This document shows positions 40,265 through 49,423 of a stretch of 64,000 nucleotides of DNA, one piece after another. Position numbers and translations under genes: made by a program. Under the pieces are notes generated by a model. It did not search any database and had not been told where the DNA came from. It saw only the letters and a list, made by a program, of their open reading frames with translations. This stretch comes from an uncultured Brachyspira sp. (GTDB taxonomy: Bacteria > Spirochaetota > JAAYUW01), in NCBI GenBank assembly GCA_964581895.1, contig CAZOPR010000002.1:254185-318184 (forward strand). The letters run 5' to 3'. Position 1 is the first letter of the stretch; each line of letters opens with the position of its first letter.

Positions 40265-40333
40265 AATTATCTCCTGAAAAAGGAACTCATATTTCAAAGG
40301 TTTATATACAGTCGAAAAAACAATAAGATAGAA

Positions 40334-43075
40334 TTATCTTGTCTTAAATCCTTTCCTTTTCATCATTCCCCAGGAGCTTTTGCCTATAAGGTTATTGAAA
40401 TATGCTACTAATCTAAGAATATTCATTAACTGTCGATATCCGAAATTTTCAACAAGTCCAATAAGTATTAAAATTATATCTTCATACCAGGCAAAATATA
40501 TTACATTTTTTTCAGAAATTGCTAACGATAGGATAGATAAAACAATCCCAAGCAAGATGCTTGTCAAAAAAAGAAATAAAAATAAAGGTAAGGTAAAAAT
40601 CCCTAAAAATATTGCTAAGATAGAAAAGAAAAGTCCCATAACCTCATAAAAAGGTCCAAGAGTTTCAAAGATAAGATAATAAGGAAGGGCTACTACGCCA
40701 ACTCTGCCATAATTTTTATTAAAAATCATCTTTCTATGATATAAAAGGATTTCAATAAGTCCTCTTTGCCACCTATCTCTTTGTTTTTTAAGTATCTTAA
40801 AAGATTCTGGAACTTCAGTCCAGCAAGTGGCATTTATCGAATAGTTAACTGCTTTTTCCTCTTTATTTTCCAACGCATATCTTCTTAGTCTAACTATAAG
40901 TTCCATATCCTCGCCAACAGTATTTTGTCTGGCAGAAGTTCGAAATGTCATATATCCACCGATTTTTTGAACTGCTTTTCTTTCAAATACTCCAAAAGCA
41001 CCAGAAATAATGAGTAAAGATTTTATAAAAGCCCAGCCAAGTCTTCCAGTAAAATATGCCCTTAGGTATTCCATTGTTTGAAATTTTGCAAGTAGATTCT
41101 TGCCTATCCCTATTTTGATCAGTGAACCATTTTCAACTTCACAGCCATTTACTGGCATTATTTTTCCACCAGTTGCAATAATTTTTTCATCACTTTCTAT
41201 GATTGGTGAAATGGCATATAAAAGTGCATCCTGTTCTAAAAGACTATCCGCATCTATGCCACATATATACTCACCATTTGCTAAATTTATACCAGCATTT
41301 AATGAATCTGCTTTTCCACCATTCAATTTGTCAATGACAAAAAGATTTGAATGTAACCTGCTTTTATACACACCAATTATTGACGCTGTGCTTATATGTT
41401 GAGGCATAATTTTAAATGGAATTCTTTCAAGTTCAAAATTTTCTTTTAACACATTCAAAGTATTATCTGGTGATCCATCATTTACAACAATTACTTCGAA
41501 ACTCGGGTATTTAAGTGCAAGCAGGCTTCGAACATTTTGCACAATAGTTGCTTCTTCTCTAAAAGCAGGGACTATAACTGAAATTGAAGGTAAAACCCCT
41601 TTTTGGAAATAATTTAAGTATGAAATAGAATATTTTAGTTTATTTTGTCTTGATATTTCAAGATTTGCAAAAAATAAAAAAAGAATAGATATTGAATTTA
41701 ATGTTAAAGCATAGTATCCAAAAAACTTTATGTAAAAAACTATAAAAGATTTTAACCAGGGTAAAAATGGGAACAAACTTTCTTTTTTAATTAAACAAAA
41801 TATCAAAATTGGTGCTAAAAATAATGCTGCTGCAAGAGCAATAAGGAAAGGTCTATCCTTTTTAGAAGCTTCTGGTGCTTTTTGAGCTTCAACTTTTTTC
41901 TTTGGTGGGAAATTGTGTCTTTGGCATATTTCATCGTTAAGTGAAAAGGTAAATTCTTCAAATATTTTAATCCTTTTTTCATAATCAGGTTTCTTAAAAT
42001 TAACAATATCAAGAACCTGAACAATTTTTAATATTAAGATCTCCTCTATCTTTTTATCTTCATTACTATTTAAGTATGAGACTATGTTGTAGATTAACCC
42101 ATTTTTGATACAATACTCTAATAAATCATTTACCTTTTCATTCAAAAACCAATCTTTTATATCTAAAAAATAATATAGATAACTTTCAAGGATAAAAGCT
42201 AATTTATCTTTAATAGAAGTTTCACCTGTCTTAAAAAAAATTTCTATCAATTTATCCTTAAATTCATCGTTATTTTTAGTTGCATTTTCTAAAGCAGCCA
42301 AAGCATATTGTTCATTTTCTGGTTCACCCAAAAATTGCAAAATTCTATGGAAATTATCAACATTTTGAACCCTACCAAGAGCTTTAATGGCAAATTCTCT
42401 TATTTCATTATTTTTATGCCTTAAAAAAAATTGTGAATTAAGCATTGATGGAACAATATGATAGATAACACTTGCAGCCTCGGAAGAAAGATCCTTATCT
42501 TCTGACATTAATGATTCAACAAGTATTTTTTCAAGTGATGAAGATGGGAAATATATACATAGTCTAATCCCTATAATTGTTTCAGCCTTATTGTATGGAT
42601 ATCTTGAGGAAATAATATTGGCTGTAATATCAGGATATTCCTGTAAGATTGCAATATATTGAGTAAATCTACTTATGTTCCCACTTTCATACTCTTTAGC
42701 TGCACTATCCAGGATTAAAGGTATCAAATCGTAACTTTGAGAAAAAAGAAGGGATTCACAGATCTTAAATCTTATCGAACTGGACTTTTCAACTACTAAA
42801 AAACCAGAAAGAATCTGTACACCTTCAAAACCATAAAATCTCAAAGAAAATGCAGCATTTGCTCTTTTGATTTTGCTTTTTGACTTTATCTGATGGACAA
42901 GCTTCTTAAAAAGTCTCGATTTTTTTTGAGTGTAAAATTCTATATTTTTTAATTCTATAGGTAAAACTATTCTTTCACTGCATATATTTAAGGCTGTAAT
43001 TAAAAGAGATTCTGGGAATTTATTGAAGATATTTTTTTCTTTTTTTCTTAAAACTCTGTATATTTGTTTCGTCAA
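40334..43075 (-). CDS. Family-2 processive glycosyltransferase with N-terminal HEAT-like repeat region (polysaccharide synthase-like)
   Basis: GT2 motifs VIVPAFREE, VVNDGSPDNT, GIDADS, QRDRWQRG (QxxRW); TM segments flank the catalytic domain; TTG first codon immediately follows an in-frame TAA. Confidence 0.7.
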   Translation of the reverse strand: MTKQIYRVLRKKEKNIFNKFPESLLITALNICSERIVLPIELKNIEFYTQKKSRLFKKLVHQIKSKSKIKRANAAFSLRFYGFEGVQILSGFLVVEKSSSIRFKICESLLFSQSYDLIPLILDSAAKEYESGNISRFTQYIAILQEYPDITANIISSRYPYNKAETIIGIRLCIYFPSSSLEKILVESLMSEDKDLSSEAASVIYHIVPSMLNSQFFLRHKNNEIREFAIKALGRVQNVDNFHRILQFLGEPENEQYALAALENATKNNDEFKDKLIEIFFKTGETSIKDKLAFILESYLYYFLDIKDWFLNEKVNDLLEYCIKNGLIYNIVSYLNSNEDKKIEEILILKIVQVLDIVNFKKPDYEKRIKIFEEFTFSLNDEICQRHNFPPKKKVEAQKAPEASKKDRPFLIALAAALFLAPILIFCLIKKESLFPFLPWLKSFIVFYIKFFGYYALTLNSISILFLFFANLEISRQNKLKYSISYLNYFQKGVLPSISVIVPAFREEATIVQNVRSLLALKYPSFEVIVVNDGSPDNTLNVLKENFELERIPFKIMPQHISTASIIGVYKSRLHSNLFVIDKLNGGKADSLNAGINLANGEYICGIDADSLLEQDALLYAISPIIESDEKIIATGGKIMPVNGCEVENGSLIKIGIGKNLLAKFQTMEYLRAYFTGRLGWAFIKSLLIISGAFGVFERKAVQKIGGYMTFRTSARQNTVGEDMELIVRLRRYALENKEEKAVNYSINATCWTEVPESFKILKKQRDRWQRGLIEILLYHRKMIFNKNYGRVGVVALPYYLIFETLGPFYEVMGLFFSILAIFLGIFTLPLFLFLFLTSILLGIVLSILSLAISEKNVIYFAWYEDIILILIGLVENFGYRQLMNILRLVAYFNNLIGKSSWGMMKRKGFKTR

Positions 43076-43280
43076 TTATTATAATTTCATCTTCTTTTGG
43101 CTCTTTATTTACATATTCATATGCAATATTAGCTATTTTTTTTACAAGAATATTGATTGTTTTAGTTTTTCTCTTTTCTTTATATTTAATATAGAAAAGG
43201 GATAAAATAGATAAAATAATGAGAAAGCTAATAAAATATATTGAAATAAATAATATATTTAGCGAATTAAATATTTTCAT
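43020..43280 (-). CDS. Small membrane ORF, possibly the true N-terminus of the GT2 synthase separated by a frame break in an A7-G-A7 tract
   Basis: N-terminal TM helix; 56-nt overlap with GT2 ORF in +1 frame across 43032-43046. Confidence 0.35.
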   Translation of the reverse strand: MKIFNSLNILFISIYFISFLIILSILSLFYIKYKEKRKTKTINILVKKIANIAYEYVNKEPKEDEIIIIDETNIQSFKKKRKKYLQ

Positions 43281-43287
43281 ATTTTTC

Positions 43288-44235
43288 TTAAATACTTGAA
43301 CTTATAAAAATTCTTATAATTGAGAGAAGTTCATTTATAAAATATGGCTTTTTTATGAAATAATTTATCCCTAATAAAGATGCTGTTTTAAGTAGATCAT
43401 CATTTTTTTGGGTGCTTAATATTATCAAAGGGATATTTATATCCTCTTCTAAAAGTTTTTGTCTTAAATCAAAGCCTCCATATCCAGGGGCTGCAAGTTC
43501 GGAAATAATGCATATTGGATGAGAACTTTTTAATTTTTCGTAGGCAAGTTTACCATCTCTAAACCAGACACAATTTATCTTGTTTTGTCTTAAAATATCT
43601 ATAACTATAGCTGCATTAAAAGGATCTGGTTCGACAAGGAAAATTTCAGGAGTTTCATAAATTTCTGAAGCATTTGCCAATATTACCTTCGAGTTTGTAT
43701 CAGGTTTTTGTTCTGAAAACAAGTTATTAAATTTACTTAAAAAATGTTCCCTAATCGACTTCCCTTCTTCAATATTTAATAGACAATTTTGAACTGAAAA
43801 AATATAAATATTTGATTCTAAAAAAGAAGATAAAATAGATTGATTTAATTCATAAATAAAAAGATTAGATTTTGCCTTTATTTCAGATATAGAGTCTGCA
43901 AATGAAAATAATATAATACCACTATTATAAAAAAAAATTGGAGAAAAAGGGATTAGTGTATTAAAAATTATTGTATTAAGCTCATTTTTTATTTCATTAA
44001 CATTAATTTTATGATCTGTTTTGTTTACTAAAAAGATATACAAAAGATATACATCTATTTCATATTCATCAATCAGTCGAATAAGATGCTCTAAAAAATT
44101 GAAATTATCTAAAAAAGTAAGAAATTTATTTTTATCATTTACTAAAAATTTTTTATCAAGTTCATATTTTATGATATTTTCTTTCAATCTTTGATTTTCT
44201 TTTTCAAGTTGAAAAATATTTTTTTGTTTTCTCAT
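43288..44235 (-). CDS. Receiver-like domain protein with Glu at the phospho-acceptor position and N-terminal coiled coil
   Basis: C-terminal REC-like layout IFLVEPDP ... ICIISELAAPGYGGFDL ... PLIILST ... FIKKP. Confidence 0.5.
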   Translation of the reverse strand: MRKQKNIFQLEKENQRLKENIIKYELDKKFLVNDKNKFLTFLDNFNFLEHLIRLIDEYEIDVYLLYIFLVNKTDHKINVNEIKNELNTIIFNTLIPFSPIFFYNSGIILFSFADSISEIKAKSNLFIYELNQSILSSFLESNIYIFSVQNCLLNIEEGKSIREHFLSKFNNLFSEQKPDTNSKVILANASEIYETPEIFLVEPDPFNAAIVIDILRQNKINCVWFRDGKLAYEKLKSSHPICIISELAAPGYGGFDLRQKLLEEDINIPLIILSTQKNDDLLKTASLLGINYFIKKPYFINELLSIIRIFISSSI

Positions 44236-44375
44236 AATTACGACATTTTCTAAGATTTTCGGTTTTTATATTAATCTTTTAATTTTATCGCTACTTAATA
44301 TTGGTAGCTCATGAAACTTTAAGTAAAATATAAAAAATATAAATTTTAATGTAAGATATATTTTAATCTTTTTAG

Positions 44376-45098
44376 CTATAATTTTACAACTAAGGCAAAA
44401 CCAATATCCAAAAATCCAGCTTTATTGAAAAAATAAGGTTGAAAATAAGCGCCAACTGAAAAAATCGGGAAATTGAATTTAATACCAATTAAACAGGACA
44501 AATTAAAAAGGCTTTGCTCTATAGCAAAACTTACCCCTAAATCCATTCCAAAAATCTGAAAGAAAGCAAGATAAGATTTCATCCATAGTGCATAGGAGAT
44601 ACCTTTACCAGTTTCGTAACCGATAGCAGAATTTACAAAAAAGTTATAACCATTTGGGAAATTATAAATCGAGTAAATATAGCTAATAGAAGAGAAAAAA
44701 TCAGGGCTAAATTTCAGTATTTGTCTGAAGGCGAGATACCATTCATTTTTCTCAAAGTTGACACTTAATAAAATTTCATGCCTATCTATTTTATCTGTAA
44801 AATAAAAACCATACATAAAGTCGATATACCAACTTTTAGGGAAGATAAATGTCCCACCAAGCATTATTTTATAACCAGTATCACTTTCATAATAATATGA
44901 ATAACCAAAAAGAGCAGATAAAGCAAAAAAATTCGAGATTGGAAAAGATAAAGATTGATTTAATCTTCATTGAGAAAGGTTAGAATCATCTAAGCTCATA
45001 TCAAATTCAGTTGAAATCCAGATTTTTGGGGAAGCAAAAAGTGGAAGACTAAAAAAACATAGTACGATAAATAATATAAATAATTTTCTATTTTTCAT
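44376..45098 (-). pseudogene. Outer-membrane beta-barrel-like gene interrupted by in-frame TGA (minus-strand codon at 44967-44969)
   Basis: Signal peptide ORF MKNRKLFILFIVLCFFSLPLFASP... is in the same frame as the 162-aa ORF starting at 44864; single TGA between them. Confidence 0.45.
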
Positions 45099-45223
45099 AG
45101 CAAGAATATAATAAAAATAAGCTTATTTGTCAACTTTAGAAGTTTAAAAACTTTATTAATTCTTCATTAAAGTTTTTAACAGTAAAAGTCAAAATTTATC
45201 TTATTTGTTTCATTTATAGATTT

Positions 45224-45260
45224 AATAAAAAACCAAGCCTGTCAAGATAACAGGCTTGGT
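45224..45260 (-). terminator. Rho-independent terminator downstream of tRNA-Pro
   Basis: 9-10 bp stem ccaagcctg / caggcttgg with 9-nt loop, followed on the minus strand by T6. Confidence 0.55.
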
Positions 45261-45286
45261 AAAAGGAGGTAAATTATGAAAAAAAG

Positions 45287-45359
45287 TCGGAAAGAGGAGA
45301 TTTGAACTCCTGACCCCATGGTCCCGAACCATGTGCGCTACCATCTGCGCTACTTTCCG
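45287..45359 (-). tRNA. tRNA-Pro (anticodon CGG)
   Basis: 73-nt cloverleaf: acceptor CGGAAAG/CTTTCCG, D-arm GCGC-AGATGGTA-GCGC, anticodon arm CATGG-TTCGGGA-CCATG, T-arm AGGAG-TTCAAAT-CTCCT; CCA not encoded. Confidence 0.85.
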
Positions 45360-45568
45360 ATAAAAGCTGAGATTAAAAAGAAAATTACAAAAGAAAATTA
45401 CAAAATAAAATAAAAATTACAAGTTAACCGTTTTTATTTATTAGACTAGATTTTTGCTTAAAAATTACATTTTATTAATAAAAAATTGTCTTTTAAAAAA
45501 TTTTTGAATTAACTTTTCATAAAATAGATTTTACATTAAAATAAATCTTATTAAAGTCGCTATTTTTT

Positions 45569-47545
45569 TTATTTTTTTGTTAGTAGTTTTATCTTATCTC
45601 GAAGCACTGCTGCTTCCTCAAATTCCCACTTTTTAGCAGCTTCCATCATTTGATTTGTCAAAATTTTAATCAATTTTTCTTTTTCTTTTGGATTTAATAT
45701 ATTGTATTTTTTTATCAAAAGATCATAGGCAAGACTTGCGCCTTCTTCTTTTGCCTTTTCCTCTCTTTCGATAAATGTTTTAACCTCTTTTTTTATACTG
45801 GCAGGCACTATATTGTTCTTTTCATTGAACTGGATTTGTATCTGTCGCCTTTTTCTTGTAAGCTCTATAGCCTGCTTCATCGAATCTGAGATTTCATCGG
45901 CATACATTATTATCGTTCCATTGACATTTCTCGCCGCCCTACCCATCATCTGTATTAAAGATTTTTCTGAACGTAAAAACCCGACTTTATCTGCATCTAA
46001 TATTGCGACAAGAGTAACTTCGGGTAGATCCAACCCTTCCCTTAAAAGGTTGATACCAACCAGTATTTTATATTCACCTTTTCTAAATCTGGTAATGATA
46101 TCTATTCTATCGAGAGAGTCAATTTCTGAGTGAAGATAGGCAGCAGGGTATCTTTGCTTTTCAAGATAATCAGCCAGGTCTTCAGCATTTTTTTTGGTTA
46201 AAACAAGTGCCAAAATCCTTTCATCATTAGCAAGTCTTTTATCTATTTCAGCTATTAAATCCTTAACCTGGTTTTCTGCTGGGCGAACAATTATTTCAGG
46301 GTCTAAAAGTCCTGTTGGCCTTATCCATTGTTCGACAACAACACTTGAACTTGTTTCATATTCAGAAGGTGTTGCACTTACAAATAAGACCTTGTTAAAA
46401 TATTTTTCTACTTCTTCAAAACGAAGTGGTCTATGGTCATAGGCAGAAGGAAGTCGAAAACCATAATCGATAAGCGCTTTCTTTCGCGATAGATCTCCAC
46501 CATACATGGCATGAAGTTGAGGAATTGTAACATGTGATTCATCGATAACTATAAGAAAATCTTTTGGGAAGTAGTCAAGCAAAGTTGCAGGCGGTTGCCC
46601 TGGGAGCCTTCCACTAAAATGTCTGCTATAATTTTCAATCCCTTTTACAAAGCCTACCTCATTTATCATCTCTATATCATAAGAGGTTCTTGATAAAAGT
46701 CTTTCTGCTTCAAGGTTTTTCCCCATTTCTTTAAGCTGCCTATATCTATCATTAAGTTCATTTTCTATGGAAATTAGTGCTCTTTTTCTTTCGTCAAGGT
46801 TTGTGACAAAATGCTTTGCCGGATAGATGGTGAATTGTTCTACTTCTGAAATCAAATCTGTAGTAACCGAATGAATAAGCAAAAGCTTTTCGATATTATC
46901 TTGAAAAAATATAATTCTTAAAGCATGCTCGGTATAAGCAGGGAAGATATCTACAATATCCCCTTTGATTCTAAATTTTCCAGGGGTAAATTCTATATCA
47001 GATCTTTCATAAAATATTGCGACAAGAAGCGAGGTAAGCTGTTCTATAGGCATTTGTTCATTTACCTTTAATGGTATTCTCTGATTTTTATATTCATCAG
47101 GATTTCCTATACCATAGATACAGCTTACCGTAGCCACTACTATTACATCATTTCTTGATAAAAGTGCTTCTGTCGCTTTGAGTCGGAGTCGCTCAATCTC
47201 TTCGTTTATATCGGAGTCCTTTTCTATATAGAGATCTCTTGTTGGTAAATATGCTTCTGGTTGATAATAATCAAAGTAAGATACAAAATATTCAACTGCA
47301 TTTTCAGGAAAAAAAGAGTGAAGTTCGCTATAAAGTTGACCAGCTAAAGTTTTGTTATGAGATATCACAAGAGTTGGAAGTTGAAGTTTTTCAATGATAT
47401 GAGCAACCGTAAATGTTTTGCCAGAGCCAGTTACCCCGTGCAAAGTAACTCTTTGTTTACCACTTTTAAAAGCTAAAGTTATCCTTTCTATTGCTTGTGG
47501 CTGATCTCCCGCTGGTGAAAAATTTGAATGAATCTTAAATCTCAT
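45569..47545 (-). CDS. uvrB: Excinuclease ABC subunit B
   Basis: Walker A GVTGSGKTFT, helicase motifs, C-terminal UvrB/UvrC interaction region EEAAVLRDKIKLL. Confidence 0.95.
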   Translation of the reverse strand: MRFKIHSNFSPAGDQPQAIERITLAFKSGKQRVTLHGVTGSGKTFTVAHIIEKLQLPTLVISHNKTLAGQLYSELHSFFPENAVEYFVSYFDYYQPEAYLPTRDLYIEKDSDINEEIERLRLKATEALLSRNDVIVVATVSCIYGIGNPDEYKNQRIPLKVNEQMPIEQLTSLLVAIFYERSDIEFTPGKFRIKGDIVDIFPAYTEHALRIIFFQDNIEKLLLIHSVTTDLISEVEQFTIYPAKHFVTNLDERKRALISIENELNDRYRQLKEMGKNLEAERLLSRTSYDIEMINEVGFVKGIENYSRHFSGRLPGQPPATLLDYFPKDFLIVIDESHVTIPQLHAMYGGDLSRKKALIDYGFRLPSAYDHRPLRFEEVEKYFNKVLFVSATPSEYETSSSVVVEQWIRPTGLLDPEIIVRPAENQVKDLIAEIDKRLANDERILALVLTKKNAEDLADYLEKQRYPAAYLHSEIDSLDRIDIITRFRKGEYKILVGINLLREGLDLPEVTLVAILDADKVGFLRSEKSLIQMMGRAARNVNGTIIMYADEISDSMKQAIELTRKRRQIQIQFNEKNNIVPASIKKEVKTFIEREEKAKEEGASLAYDLLIKKYNILNPKEKEKLIKILTNQMMEAAKKWEFEEAAVLRDKIKLLTKK

Positions 47546-47579
47546 ATTTACCCTTTTTCTTTAATAAAAAATAACCTTT

Positions 47580-47680
47580 AATAAAATATAATTTTTATTA
47601 AAATATAATCTTTATTAAAATATAATCTTTATTAAAATATAATCTTTATTAAAATATAATCTTTATTAAAAAATATTTTA
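47580..47680. repeat. Tandem 17-bp repeat (attaaaatataatcttt), 4 exact plus 2 degenerate copies, in the uvrB upstream region
   Basis: Exact copies at 47597-47613, 47614-47630, 47631-47647, 47648-47664; each contains tataat. Confidence 0.85.
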
Positions 47681-47714
47681 AGTACTAAATTTAAATAATT
47701 TATTAAAAACTTGA

Positions 47715-48887
47715 TCATTCAAAAATCAACTCGACATTTCCCATATTTACATCAAGATTAACTTTCAATAAATTTTTTTCATCAATTTTATTTTGATCAG
47801 AATTTAGCTCAAAATCACTAGAAAAGCTGTGAGTCTGTCCTTGATATCTTATTTTAACACTTGCAGCATTTGTTTTTGATTTAACAAAAAAGTTGGGGCA
47901 GTTTTTCACCTGGAAAATAGAATTCGTCATATTTGATTTGTAATTAAAAGATGAAGGAAAATTTGTAAAGTTTTCAGATATTATTGTATAATTTCCAGCG
48001 TTTTCTTTAATGCCGATAGTTGAAGAGATATCTAACTTTTTTGCATTCAAAACAGAATTTGAGGCATTAAAGTCAAAAGATAAATTTTCTGTTTTTAGTA
48101 GGTTTGTAGAAATTTCTGATTTTGAAGCATTTAACTTATAAGAAAATGAGTTTTTTGCAATAATTTGCTCACTTTCAAACGAATTTTCTGATGCAGAAAA
48201 ATTCAGCTGAATCTGGTTTGAAGTTAAATTTAATATTTTTTCGCTAATATCGCTTGCATTAGCATCCATTTCAAAAAGATTTGAAATATCAATCTTTTCT
48301 GATGCAATCTGAATATTTGATGCATTTGACTCAAATTTTAGGTTTGAATACTTCGTTGGAAGAATAATAAATGCAAAAAGATACATTTCATCATCAAAAT
48401 TATAGTCTTTTTTTGAAAGATTTTCTAAAATTTCAAGTTTATCAGAAGTAAAAATAACTGGATTATCAATCCCCGATATTTTGGTGTAAAATTTATAAGA
48501 AATTTTTGGTTTTTCTTTATCTGAAAAGATTAAAACAGCCTTTGTCAGGTTAAGTGTAAGATTAAAATCTTTAATAACATTTTCAAGGCTTAGCTCATTT
48601 TTTTCTGATATAGGAAAACTTGTTGAGCTTTTAATAAAAGAATCTGCCTCCTGGAAAAACTGATCTTCGATAGCATTTAAGTTATTTAAATCATTTAAAT
48701 TAACTTGGAAGCTTGCAGCATTCTTAAAATTATCAATATTATGGTAAAAAGGTCTGATACTATGAGGAATGAACTTAAAACCAGTATCTTTACTATCTAA
48801 ATATGCCTTTGCAACAAAAAGTAAGACAAGACCAATAATTAAAATGACAGCAAGGAATATCCCTAAAATTCTTGTGCTATTTTTCAT
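47715..48887 (-). CDS. Membrane-anchored protein with repetitive Asn/Ser-rich beta-strand-like C-terminal repeats
   Basis: N-terminal TM; repeated units such as NASNIQIASEKIDIS, ANASDISEKILNLTS, DFNASNSVLNAKKLDIS; ATG 48887 has GGAG upstream (track start 48899). Confidence 0.35.
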   Translation of the reverse strand: MKNSTRILGIFLAVILIIGLVLLFVAKAYLDSKDTGFKFIPHSIRPFYHNIDNFKNAASFQVNLNDLNNLNAIEDQFFQEADSFIKSSTSFPISEKNELSLENVIKDFNLTLNLTKAVLIFSDKEKPKISYKFYTKISGIDNPVIFTSDKLEILENLSKKDYNFDDEMYLFAFIILPTKYSNLKFESNASNIQIASEKIDISNLFEMDANASDISEKILNLTSNQIQLNFSASENSFESEQIIAKNSFSYKLNASKSEISTNLLKTENLSFDFNASNSVLNAKKLDISSTIGIKENAGNYTIISENFTNFPSSFNYKSNMTNSIFQVKNCPNFFVKSKTNAASVKIRYQGQTHSFSSDFELNSDQNKIDEKNLLKVNLDVNMGNVELIFE

Positions 48888-49015
48888 TTTCATCTCCATT
48901 TAATTTTATTCTTAACTTTTTATTATCAATTTTTTTCATAAAATTTTTGATATTATCATTTTTTTATAGAATGTTCAATATTATCAATTTTTTTCATCGT
49001 CAATACTGTTAATTT

Positions 49016-49420
49016 TTAATTTTTTTCTTTATTTAATTTTTCATTTTCAATACTGTTATTTTTCAAATTTTCTTCATTTATAAAGCTTATAAGTTCATCA
49101 ACTGTAATACTTAAAATCTTCATTTTCTTTATAATATCTGGTATCTCATTTTTAATGAATTCTTCTTTTTTTATTTTTAATATTTTGTTATATGAATCTT
49201 TACTTAAAAAATAACCTATTCCTCTTTTATTATAAATAACGCCCAGATCCAGACATTCACTAAATGCTTTGGCTACGGTGTTTGGGTTTACTTCAAGATC
49301 AAATGCAAGTTCTCTAATAGATGGGATTCTTTCTTCTTCTTTCCATTTTTTTTGCAAGATTAAATCGAAGATCAATTCTATGATCTGTAAATAAATAGGT
49401 TTTGTTTCATCAAATCTCAT
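49016..49420 (-). CDS. GntR-family transcriptional regulator
   Basis: Winged-HTH segment RIPSIRELAFDLEVNPNTVAKAF. Confidence 0.7.
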   Translation of the reverse strand: MRFDETKPIYLQIIELIFDLILQKKWKEEERIPSIRELAFDLEVNPNTVAKAFSECLDLGVIYNKRGIGYFLSKDSYNKILKIKKEEFIKNEIPDIIKKMKILSITVDELISFINEENLKNNSIENEKLNKEKN

Positions 49421-49423
49421 TAA

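Noticed and set aside
44967-44969. Alternative genetic code (TGA as Trp or Gly) or selenocysteine to explain the in-frame TGA
   Set aside because: TGA terminates well-defined genes elsewhere (5824-6135, 22490-24127), TGG Trp codons are abundant, and no selenoprotein context is apparent.
47580-47680. CRISPR array
   Set aside because: The tandem repeats here and elsewhere are contiguous without unique spacers, and no cas genes are present.
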